Origin: an uncultured Pseudomonadota bacterium
GTDB lineage: Bacteria > Myxococcota_A > Polyangia > Fen-1088
DNA: 64,000 nt
Direction of reading: 5' to 3'
Assembly (NCBI GenBank): GCA_963847705.1
Contig: CAWKBC010000030.1
Span: 416,001-480,000, forward strand
Shown here: piece after piece, positions 12,021 to 20,695 of the stretch
Position numbering within the stretch: position 1 is the first letter of the stretch
How the letters are laid out: every line of letters starts with the position of its first letter
Position numbers and translations under genes: made by a program
The notes under the pieces: generated by a model
Told to the model about the DNA's origin: nothing
Database searches by the model: none
The model's input: the letters and a program-made list of their open reading frames with translations, nothing else

Positions 12021-15000
12021 TTGACCAGCTCCTCGTAGTAGCGGCGGACCTCGTCGCGGTAGCGCTCGGGCGCCCGTTCCTTCATGGCGTCCAGCAGCTC
12101 CTGCCGCCAGGCGCGCGGCGCGCTCGACTCGTCGGCGCCCGGGATGCGCACCGGATCGTGGTGCTGCTCGCTGCCGCCCATCGACCGCTCCTGCATCGAG
12201 TCGCGCAGCTTCCCCAGCCGGTCGGCGGCGTCGCGCTCGGCCGTGGCGGCCGGCTTCGACTCGTCCCGCTTGAGCGACTCGCCCGCCTCCTTCATCCGCG
12301 CGCCGGCCCCCTTGAGCTCCCCTTCGGCCTTCTCCATTCCAGGCATCTTGCCGAGGCGCCGGGCCGCCTCTCCGGCCAGGTCCTCGGTGCGCTTTCCGAT
12401 GGCCGCCTGCTTCTCGGCCTGGCCGCGCGCCGCTTCGCGGTCGGCCGGCGTCAACGTCTCCGAGGGCTTGGGCATCACCTTCGACAAATCGTCGGCGATC
12501 TCCTGGGCCAGCCCGCGCGCCTCGCCGACCGCGTCCGCGCGCTTGTCGTGCTCCCCCTCGACGCCGCCGCGACGGGCGCGGCGCGCTTCGGCCATCTCGT
12601 CGAGGTGCTCGCCGGCGCGTTCCAGACTGCTCTCGGCCCGCTCGGCTTCCCCCTTGGCCTCGGCCAGATCGCGCTCGGTCAAGAGGCGCCGCATCTGCTT
12701 GGCGCTCTCGCGCGCGCGGCCGATCTCCTCGCTGAGCGCGCTCTCCGGATCGCCGGTGGGGACGCTGGCCAGCTTCTGCTTGAGCTGATCGATCTTTTCA
12801 CCTTCGCGCTTGAGCAGCTCGTCCATCTGCCCCTTCAGCCGCCGCTCGACCTCCGCCTCCTGCTTCTCGGAGATCGCCTGCGTCTCCTTTTGCAACGCGC
12901 GCTCGTCCCCTTCGATGTCGCCGATCTTCTTCATCAGATCGGCGACCACCCGGTTTTCCTGGGGGAACCGCTCGGCGCCGAACCCGTCCAGGTTCTGATC
13001 GAGCATCTTGCGCATGCCGCGCAGATCGTCGCCCAGCTGGGCCAGCGCCTTTTCCAGATCGGCGTCGTTCCCCTTCTCGATCATGTCGTCCAGCTTGCGG
13101 GCCTGCTCCTGCAGCCCCTTCATGTCCGGAAGGTTTCGCCACTCCTCGGAGACGTCGTTGCGCGCCTGCACCGCGGCGATCTTCTGCGCCAGATCGGCCA
13201 GGCGGGCGCGCAGGTCGCGGGCCTCACGCGCCAGCTGGCGCCGCAGCCCCTCGTCCTTGGTCTTCTTGTAGCGTTCCAGCAGATCGGCCAGCCGCTGATG
13301 CGCTTCGGTCAGCTCCTTGCCGAGGGTGGCGAGATCTTCCAGCCGCTGCCGGCCGATCAGATCGTCGAGCCGCAGCACGTCGCTCTCCAGCTCGGCGACC
13401 TGCTTGGCCGAGGCGGCCTCGAGGCGCGCGCGCCCGGCGCCGGGCCTGGTCTTCAGCGCCGACAGCGCCTGCCCCTCCTCGCGCAGGAGGTGCTCCAGCC
13501 GATCGGCGATCCCGGCCAGGGCCGCCCGCAGCGACTTGCCCAGAACCGCTTCGCGCCGATCTTCATCGAGCAGCCGCCCGAGGAGCGCCAGGTGCGCCTC
13601 CTCGGCCTCGTGCTCCGCGGCCAGCGCCGCCAACCGCTCGTCCGCGGCCGCCGCCGCGCTGATGCCCGGCGCGGGTGGCGGCGCCACCGCAGGGTCGCGC
13701 TCCAACCGCGCCGCCAGATCGCCCATCAGTTTTTCCAGCACGTCGCGCTGGCGTTCCAGGCGGTCCTCCAGATTCTGGTGCGGGTTCTGGATCACCACGT
13801 AGAGCGTTCGCGACGAGCCGACCTTCGGTCCTGCGATCTGATCGCGATCGTGCGCCTCGATCCGGTAAGCGATCCGCTCGGCGCCCACCAGGCCGGTGGT
13901 GGCCGGATCCCACACCGTCCGCCCCTGCACCGCGCGCCCGCCGGCCCCGTCGCGCAGCGGCACCCGCTGCTCCGGGCGATCGCCGATGCGATAGACCAGC
14001 TCGATGGCGCCCAGCCCGAAGTCGTCGCTGGCCGAGTAGCCGATCTCGATCGGCCGCGGCGTCGCCAGCTCCAGCCGATCGGCGGGCCCCAGGATCTCGA
14101 CGCGCGGCGGGGCGTCGGGCTCCGCGGTCAGGCGGTGGCTGCGCTCCTCGCGGATCGGGCGTCCGAACGGCGGCTCCAGCCAAAATCGATAGCTCCCGTC
14201 CTGGGTCAGCGTCAGCTCGGCGGTCAGCGTGTCGCCCGACAGCGCCACCGAGAGCTCGCCCGCCTCGCCCGCCTCGCCGAGCAGCAGGAGCGCGCGGTGG
14301 GCCGGGCGCAGCGGGTGGGTCTCGATCCGGACGTGCGTCCCCTTGACCGCCGCGATGTCGCCGGTGGACCCCTCGACCGTGCGGGCGGGAAGGCCGGTGT
14401 AGGCCGGATACTCGTAGGTGACGCGAACGTCGCCGACCAGCGGCACCGTGGAGATCGCGGCCCCTTCGAAGCGCGAGGGGCGGTGCACCAGCGTGTGGAG
14501 GCCCCGGGCCACCATCGGCCAGGTGGCCATCGCCGCGACCAACCCCGCCGCGATCAGCCCCGACACGGCCAGGGCGCGCACCGCCGGACCCAAGGAGACG
14601 AGGCCCCCCGGGGCGACCGGCGCCAGCGCCCCGGCCACCTGCTCGCGGAAGGCCTGCACCAGCGCCGGCGAAGCCGCGCCGCGCGCCTCGGCCGGCGCCG
14701 TCGCGAGCTCGGCCCCCGCGAGCTCCACCGCGGACAGCAGATCGCTGGCCATCGCCGGCAGGAGCGCGCCGGTGCGCCGGGCTGCCGCGCGATCGTCGCG
14801 CAGCGCGTGCGCGGGGACGAGCACCCCGCGCCCCAGCACCACCAGGGCCAAGGCGCCGGCGAAGCAGGCGGTCACCGTGGGCCAGAAATCAGCGGGACCG
14901 ACCACCGCCGCCGAAAGACCGAGCGCGAACAGCCCGACCCCCAGCGCCGCGGCGCCGTAGCCCGCCGCCTGCAGGCCCGCGCGCAGCAGGAGCCGCCGCC

Positions 15001-15043
15001 GCACCGCCGCCAGGAAGCTCTGAATTCCGTCCCGCTCGCTCAT
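12017..15043 (-). CDS. DUF4175-like membrane-anchored long coiled-coil protein
   Basis: N-terminal TM helices, YEYPAYTG Ig-like region, ASDDFGL, long helical region, C-terminal YRDEVRRYYEELVK. Confidence 0.8.
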   Translation of the reverse strand: MSERDGIQSFLAAVRRRLLLRAGLQAAGYGAAALGVGLFALGLSAAVVGPADFWPTVTACFAGALALVVLGRGVLVPAHALRDDRAAARRTGALLPAMASDLLSAVELAGAELATAPAEARGAASPALVQAFREQVAGALAPVAPGGLVSLGPAVRALAVSGLIAAGLVAAMATWPMVARGLHTLVHRPSRFEGAAISTVPLVGDVRVTYEYPAYTGLPARTVEGSTGDIAAVKGTHVRIETHPLRPAHRALLLLGEAGEAGELSVALSGDTLTAELTLTQDGSYRFWLEPPFGRPIREERSHRLTAEPDAPPRVEILGPADRLELATPRPIEIGYSASDDFGLGAIELVYRIGDRPEQRVPLRDGAGGRAVQGRTVWDPATTGLVGAERIAYRIEAHDRDQIAGPKVGSSRTLYVVIQNPHQNLEDRLERQRDVLEKLMGDLAARLERDPAVAPPPAPGISAAAAADERLAALAAEHEAEEAHLALLGRLLDEDRREAVLGKSLRAALAGIADRLEHLLREEGQALSALKTRPGAGRARLEAASAKQVAELESDVLRLDDLIGRQRLEDLATLGKELTEAHQRLADLLERYKKTKDEGLRRQLAREARDLRARLADLAQKIAAVQARNDVSEEWRNLPDMKGLQEQARKLDDMIEKGNDADLEKALAQLGDDLRGMRKMLDQNLDGFGAERFPQENRVVADLMKKIGDIEGDERALQKETQAISEKQEAEVERRLKGQMDELLKREGEKIDQLKQKLASVPTGDPESALSEEIGRARESAKQMRRLLTERDLAEAKGEAERAESSLERAGEHLDEMAEARRARRGGVEGEHDKRADAVGEARGLAQEIADDLSKVMPKPSETLTPADREAARGQAEKQAAIGKRTEDLAGEAARRLGKMPGMEKAEGELKGAGARMKEAGESLKRDESKPAATAERDAADRLGKLRDSMQERSMGGSEQHHDPVRIPGADESSAPRAWRQELLDAMKERAPERYRDEVRRYYEELVK

Positions 15044-15168
15044 CGCCTGCGCCGAATCGTATCAACTTCGGGGCGTCGCGGCCCCCCGAGTCGCCTTTGA
15101 CGCTTGAGCTTTCCATGAACGTCGGCGCACACCCGCCGGCGGCGCAGCCCTGGTAGTATTCGCGGGCC

Positions 15169-17631
15169 TTGCTGCCGCCGCCTCTCCCGCCCGGTCTGGG
15201 CGGTCCGCCGCGCCTCGAGCCCCCGGGGCCGGCCGAGCGCGCGCGGGCTGGCGCGCAGGCCTTCCTGGCGGCCCACCGCCGGGCCAGCATCGCCGGGGCT
15301 GTGGCGCTGGTCCTGCTGGTCTTCTACCCGTTCGTGATCGGCGCCCTGGCGGCCCACCTCTGTGAGAGCCGTCTGTCGGCGAAGCTCGGGCGGGCGGTCA
15401 CCGTGGCGCACGGCCGCGGCGGCTTCGGCCGGATCGTGCTCGAGGACGTCACCATCCCCGGGGCGGCCGGCGGGCCCCCGCTGGCGACGATCGCGCGCCT
15501 CTCGATTCCGTTCGGCGCGGCGCTCGGCCTGCGCAGCACGGTCGAGGTGAGCGGCCTGCGGGTCCACGCGGTGCGCGGCGGCGACGAGGACAACCTCGAC
15601 GCGATCCTGGCCACCCTCCGCGGCCACGGGCATCACGACGCCGCGGCCCCCGAGGACGGCGAAGCCCCGAGGTCCGAGGGCGGCGGCTCGCGTCTTCCTG
15701 ACATCACGCTGACCGGCGCCTCGATCGAGGCGCGCGACGAGGGGAGCCACCTGCACGTCGCCATCGCCAGCCTCGACGGCGAGATCCACCCGGGCGTGCG
15801 GATGGCGTTTCGCATGCACGCCGTGAACGGCGGCCTGGCCTTCGGCGGCGAGGGCGCCGGGCCGCGCTTCGGCGCCGAGGAGCTCGACGTGGAGACGCCG
15901 CTCGCCGGGATGCGCCCCACGGGAATCCCCTCGCTGCGGGTGGCCGGGGGCGAGACCTCGCCGCTGCCGCAGCTGGCGCTCACCGGGATCGCGGGGGTGA
16001 TCGGCCCGCCGCCGGCGGGCGTCTCCGGCGCGGCCGGCGGTCTGGTGATCGATCTGCGCGGCAGCTACGGGGGCGCGCACGAGGCGCTCTGGACGGCCAA
16101 GGGGCACGCCGATCCGGCGCACGGCACCGGCACGCTGGCCCTGCGCGCCGAGCAGTTCTCGCTGGGGCGCATCGCGGACGTGCTCCCCAAGTCGGTGCTG
16201 GCGCCCGAGAACACCACCCTCGACGCGGCGCTGGATCTCGACTGGCTGGGGGACGCCGTGAAGTTCGGGGGTGAGCTGGCGGTGGTGGGCCTGTCGCTGC
16301 AGAGCGACGCGCTGGCCGCCGATCCGGTCCAGAACGTCTCGCTGGGGATCACCATGCGCGGCACCGTCTATCCGGCGGCGCGCCGGCTGGAGCTGGAGCG
16401 GGCCGAGGCGCGGGTGCGCGACGTCACCGCGCGCCTGGCCGGGCACATCGCCATGCCGTCGGGGACGTTCCGCTTCACCAACGGCAAGTCGCTGAGCGTG
16501 GTCCCCGACATCGATCTGCACTTCTCGGTGCCGCGGGTGGCCTGCGCCAAGCTGCTCTCCAGCATCCCGAGCGCGCTGGTGCCGCGCCTGCAGGGGTTCG
16601 TGCTGCAGGGGTTCTTCGCCGCCGACGTCGGCGCGAAGATCGACTTCGCCCACCTCGACGACCTCGATCTGACCGGCAAGGTCGGCATCGACGGCTGCAA
16701 GGTGGTGAAGGCCCCCGACGACGTCAAGGCGCTGGCCAATCCGGAGACGCTGGTGATCAACGTCGACGTCCCCAAGCTGCCCGGCAGCCCGCCCGGCGAG
16801 ACCGACACCATCCCGGTGGTGGTCGGCCCCGACAACCCCGACTTCGCGCCCTACGATCAGATCTCGCCCTACCTGGTCGGCTCGATCATGACCACCGAGG
16901 ACAACGGGTTCTTCAAGCACCACGGCTGGGTCAGCTCGGAGTTCAAGAGCGCGCTGCGCCGCAACCTGCAGGGGGGCGGATTCCGGCTGGGGGCGTCGTC
17001 GATCACCATGCAGATGACGAAGAACGTCCTTCTGACCAAGGACAAGACGCTGTCGCGCAAGCTCCAGGAGCTGTTCTTGGTCTGGTACCTCGAACAGGAG
17101 CTGCCCAAGGAGCGGATCCTCGAGCTCTATTTCAACGCCATCGAGTTCGGACCGCGCATCTACGGCATCGGCGCCGCCACCCGGCACTACTTCGGCAAGA
17201 AGCCGGCCGATCTCACCCCGCTGGAGGCGGCCTTCTTCTCGTCGATCCTGCCGTCGCCCAAGCGGCGCTACGTCCAGTACTGCCACGGCTCCCTGTCCCC
17301 GCAGTGGGATCGCTACGTCCGGCGGATCCTGGGCAAGGTGCACGAGCGCGGGCGGATCACCGACGACGAGTACGCCGCGTATTCGGCGCAGCCGTTCGTG
17401 TTCGACCGGAGCGAGGCCAGCTTCACCGAGAAGCAGTGCCTCGATTGGGTCAAGAACATGGCGCCGCCCAAGACGGAGCCCGAGACGCCCCCCGATCTCG
17501 ACGAGGGTGACGCCGACCATGACGGCACCGGCTGGTCGCAGAAGAAGCTGGGGCGGCTGTTTTCACGCGCCGTCGCCCACCACACGCCGGCGGCGCCGGC
17601 GTCGAAACCGATCGTCGCGCGCACGCACTGA
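15169..17631 (+). CDS. Membrane-anchored protein with C-terminal peptidoglycan transglycosylase (GT51) domain, no transpeptidase
   Basis: TTEDNGFFKHHG, GASSITMQMTKN, RKLQE, KERILELYFN GT51 motifs; N-terminal TM and long AsmA-like beta region; exact start uncertain. Confidence 0.85.
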   Translation: MLPPPLPPGLGGPPRLEPPGPAERARAGAQAFLAAHRRASIAGAVALVLLVFYPFVIGALAAHLCESRLSAKLGRAVTVAHGRGGFGRIVLEDVTIPGAAGGPPLATIARLSIPFGAALGLRSTVEVSGLRVHAVRGGDEDNLDAILATLRGHGHHDAAAPEDGEAPRSEGGGSRLPDITLTGASIEARDEGSHLHVAIASLDGEIHPGVRMAFRMHAVNGGLAFGGEGAGPRFGAEELDVETPLAGMRPTGIPSLRVAGGETSPLPQLALTGIAGVIGPPPAGVSGAAGGLVIDLRGSYGGAHEALWTAKGHADPAHGTGTLALRAEQFSLGRIADVLPKSVLAPENTTLDAALDLDWLGDAVKFGGELAVVGLSLQSDALAADPVQNVSLGITMRGTVYPAARRLELERAEARVRDVTARLAGHIAMPSGTFRFTNGKSLSVVPDIDLHFSVPRVACAKLLSSIPSALVPRLQGFVLQGFFAADVGAKIDFAHLDDLDLTGKVGIDGCKVVKAPDDVKALANPETLVINVDVPKLPGSPPGETDTIPVVVGPDNPDFAPYDQISPYLVGSIMTTEDNGFFKHHGWVSSEFKSALRRNLQGGGFRLGASSITMQMTKNVLLTKDKTLSRKLQELFLVWYLEQELPKERILELYFNAIEFGPRIYGIGAATRHYFGKKPADLTPLEAAFFSSILPSPKRRYVQYCHGSLSPQWDRYVRRILGKVHERGRITDDEYAAYSAQPFVFDRSEASFTEKQCLDWVKNMAPPKTEPETPPDLDEGDADHDGTGWSQKKLGRLFSRAVAHHTPAAPASKPIVARTH

Positions 17632-17694
17632 TCGCCGTCGGTTGGTTCTCCTGGTCACCGGGCGCCCTGCGATCGCGGTGCTAGGCTGGGGCGC

Positions 17695-18372
17695 ATGAGC
17701 GCATCCTCGGCACGCACAGCCCTGGTGGTGGGAGCCAACCGCGGCATCGGCCTGGCCCTCTGCAAGCGGTTCAAGGTCCTCGGGCGCGAGGTGATCGCCG
17801 CCGGCCGCCGCTCGTCGTCGGCGCTCGACGCGCTGGGCGCGCGCGTGGAGCTGGGCGTCGACGTCACCACGGACGCCGGCGTCGCCGCGCTGGCCCAGCG
17901 CCTGAAGGGGGTCGTGCTCGACGAGCTGGTCTGCAACGCGGGCATCCTGCGCGAGGACGATCTGGACGGCGTCCACCTCGACGACGTCCGGGCCCAGCTC
18001 GAGGTCAACGCGCTCGGTCCGTTGCGGGTGGTCAAGGCGCTGCGCAAAAACATCCGCCCTGGCGGCAAGCTGGCGCTCATCACCAGCCGCATGGGCTCGA
18101 TCGCCGACAACGGCTCGGGCGGCTACTACGGCTATCGGATGTCCAAGGCCGCGCTCAACGCCGCCGGCATGTCGCTGGCGCGCGATCTGCGCGGCGCCGG
18201 GATCGCGGTGGCGATTCTGCATCCCGGCTACGTGCGCACCGACATGACCGAGGGGAGCGGCACCGTCGACCCCGACACCGCCGCCAAGCAGCTGGTCGAC
18301 CGCCTCGACGCCCTCAGCCTGGAGACCACCGGCACGTTCTGGCACGCCAACGGCCAGATCCTCCCCTGGTAG
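17695..18372 (+). CDS. Short-chain dehydrogenase, CsgA/C-factor-like
   Basis: GANRGIG, NAG, TSRMGSI, YGYRMSKAALN, LHPGYVRTDM, ending GQILPW. Confidence 0.9.
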   Translation: MSASSARTALVVGANRGIGLALCKRFKVLGREVIAAGRRSSSALDALGARVELGVDVTTDAGVAALAQRLKGVVLDELVCNAGILREDDLDGVHLDDVRAQLEVNALGPLRVVKALRKNIRPGGKLALITSRMGSIADNGSGGYYGYRMSKAALNAAGMSLARDLRGAGIAVAILHPGYVRTDMTEGSGTVDPDTAAKQLVDRLDALSLETTGTFWHANGQILPW

Positions 18373-18375
18373 GGC

Positions 18376-19563
18376 TCAGCGCGCGGTGAGCCGGACGATG
18401 AGCCAGATCGTGCCGAACAGGCCGATGAGGCCCGACCCGAGCTGAAGGCCCCAGCGCTCGAACGCCCGCGGGGCGCGGCGCGCGCAGGCGACGACGATCG
18501 GCAGCGCCAGGCCGACCACCAGCAGCTGGCCGAGCTCGACGCCGAGATTGAAAGAGAGCAGGGACAGCAGGAGGCCGCGGCGTGGCAAGCCGATCTGGCG
18601 CAGCACCGAGGCGAACCCCAGGCCGTGCACGAGGCCGAAGCCGAACACCAGCAGCCAGCGTCCGTATCTTGCTCGCGGCGCGCGCGGCACCAGGTTCTCG
18701 AAGCCGACGTAGGCGACCGAAAAAGCGATGGCCGGCTCGACCCAGCGGGTGGAGAGCCATCCCGGGCGGAGGACCTGCGTGATGAGCGTGAGCGAATGCG
18801 CGACGGTGAAGGCGCTGACGATCGCCACCGTGCCGCGCACCGCCTGGCGGGGCGTCGCCGCTTCCGCGACGGCGTTTCCGCGGGTCGACGTTCGCGTCCG
18901 GAGCCCGGCGGCCAGCAACAGCGCCATCAGGAACGACAGGTGATCGTAGCCGGTCAGGATGTGCGCCACGCCGAGCCGCAGATAGAGAAGCGCGCTCCGC
19001 CAGAGCGGCGCCGGGAGGCGCACGTCGACCGCGATCTCGTGCGCCAGATTGTGGAACACGATCGACGAATCCGAGGGGTCGTCGCTGCCGGCCGCCTCCC
19101 CCAAGAAGAGCCGCGTGTAGCTGGCGTGGTACGGATCGTGGTCGAAGAACAGGTCGTAGCGCAGGTGCAGCGTCCGCGCGTCCGGCCCGCAGGCGAAGCG
19201 CTCGACGAAGACGGAGATCGGCTCGGGCCCGTTCGACCCTGGTGGCAACGGGGGCGCCGTCGGGTCGGGGCCGAGCGCACTCAGCCGCGGCGTACAGAGG
19301 TGCGTCTCCCCCCCGGCACCGGTGGCCGCCACCCGCAGTCCGCCGCGCAGGATCTCCTCCCCGCGCGGCTGCCGATCGCCGAGCAGGCGGGCGAGCTCGA
19401 GCGTTCGAATGCGCAGGCGCCAGGTCAGATCGGCGCCGTCGGGGCTCGCGGCGGGATAGGCGATCTCGCCGAACGTCGTGGTCTGCTGGTGGGCGAGGGC
19501 GGGCGCGCTGCCACCGACGACCAGCCAGAGCGCGGCTGCAATCGCCGACGGCGCGCGTTTCAT
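18376..19563 (-). CDS. HupE/UreJ-family membrane protein
   Basis: Signal peptide ending ALA-H; GVAHILTGYDHL, AFTVAHSLTL, FGLVHGLGFA, FNLGVELGQ. Confidence 0.9.
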   Translation of the reverse strand: MKRAPSAIAAALWLVVGGSAPALAHQQTTTFGEIAYPAASPDGADLTWRLRIRTLELARLLGDRQPRGEEILRGGLRVAATGAGGETHLCTPRLSALGPDPTAPPLPPGSNGPEPISVFVERFACGPDARTLHLRYDLFFDHDPYHASYTRLFLGEAAGSDDPSDSSIVFHNLAHEIAVDVRLPAPLWRSALLYLRLGVAHILTGYDHLSFLMALLLAAGLRTRTSTRGNAVAEAATPRQAVRGTVAIVSAFTVAHSLTLITQVLRPGWLSTRWVEPAIAFSVAYVGFENLVPRAPRARYGRWLLVFGFGLVHGLGFASVLRQIGLPRRGLLLSLLSFNLGVELGQLLVVGLALPIVVACARRAPRAFERWGLQLGSGLIGLFGTIWLIVRLTAR

Positions 19564-19620
19564 CGCGGCCCATAGTAGCCGACAGTCGAGGGCCGGCGCC
19601 GCCGCTGGTCGCGCGGCCCG

Positions 19621-20397
19621 TTAGCCGGCGCGCGCGACCGGCGTGGCGCGGCGATGGCGCCGCGGCATCTGTATCACCAGGACGGTGGCGTCCTCGGTGG
19701 CGCGTGCGTCCGAGCCGAGCAGCGCGCCGCAGATGCTCTCCGAGCCGTGACGCGCCCGCGCCAGGCGCTCCAGGAGCGCGTGCTCTCCCAGCTGATCACC
19801 CGCGGTGGCCAGGCGATCGGTGATGCCGTCGGTGACCAGCACCAGCGCGTCCTCCGGCGCCAGCTCGACCGACGTCTCCTGATAGACCTGCGCCGACAGG
19901 ATCCCCAGCGCCAGCCCCACCGCGTGCGGGAGCTCTTCCGCGCCGCCGGCCGCGCGCTTGACGAAGGGACCGAGGTGCCCCGCGCTGGCGATCTCCGCCC
20001 GTCCGGTCACCACGTCGATGCGCACGCAGATGGCGGTCACGAAGCGATCGTCGATCCGCTGCGCGACGATCCAGTCGTTGAGCGCCGCCAGCACCGCGCC
20101 CGGCGCCTCGCCGCGCGCGATCGTCTGGCGCAAGATCCACCGCAGGCTGCTGACCGGCGCCGCCGCGCTCGGTCCGTTGCCGCAGACGTCCGCCATCACC
20201 ACGGTGACCCGTCCGTCGCGCTGCTGGATCACCTCGAAAAAGTCGCCGCCGTTCCCCGCCGGCGCTGATTGCTTGGCGGCGACGTTCAGCCGGCTCCAGG
20301 TCGGCAGATGAATCGGCGCACCGGCACGCGCCCCCTCGCGAACGACACCCGCCGCAGCCACCATGTTCCCCCTCCCCGCTTCTTCCATCTCAGCCAT
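19621..20397 (-). CDS. PP2C/SpoIIE-type Ser/Thr phosphatase (stand-alone)
   Basis: GGDFF, MADVCGNG, ASAGH, LVTDGITD, EDATVL. Confidence 0.88.
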   Translation of the reverse strand: MAEMEEAGRGNMVAAAGVVREGARAGAPIHLPTWSRLNVAAKQSAPAGNGGDFFEVIQQRDGRVTVVMADVCGNGPSAAAPVSSLRWILRQTIARGEAPGAVLAALNDWIVAQRIDDRFVTAICVRIDVVTGRAEIASAGHLGPFVKRAAGGAEELPHAVGLALGILSAQVYQETSVELAPEDALVLVTDGITDRLATAGDQLGEHALLERLARARHGSESICGALLGSDARATEDATVLVIQMPRRHRRATPVARAG

Positions 20398-20695
20398 AGA
20401 ACGCCTACCCCCCGCCAGAATTTCCGGTCCCAGCCGTCGTCACGATGCGTACAAGCTATCTCAACCATTTACAGGTTTAAAGACTAAAAAACTGTATTTT
20501 ACGTTAACATTTAATCAAGGCGAATTTGTTTCGGGCAGGCTGAGACCGAAACCGCAAGAGTATCCCCGGCTTCGCCCCGGAGAGCGGCGCCGTGAGGCGA
20601 CGGTGAGCGGAGCGAACCATGCCGGTCGACGTGGCGCCGGAGGCGGCCCAGCCCAGGAGGGCGCGTGACGCCACGAGGTGGCGCCCAAAGGACGA

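Noticed and set aside
10112-15100. 1662-aa plus-strand ORF, and similar long ORFs such as 15040-17520, 20678-23401, 39680-42400 and 51746-55543
   Set aside because: Antisense shadows of real genes; long stop-free frames are expected at this GC content and show no motifs
17695-18372. Calling the SDR csgA (developmental C-signal)
   Set aside because: CsgA-like SDRs are widespread; orthology cannot be established from motifs alone
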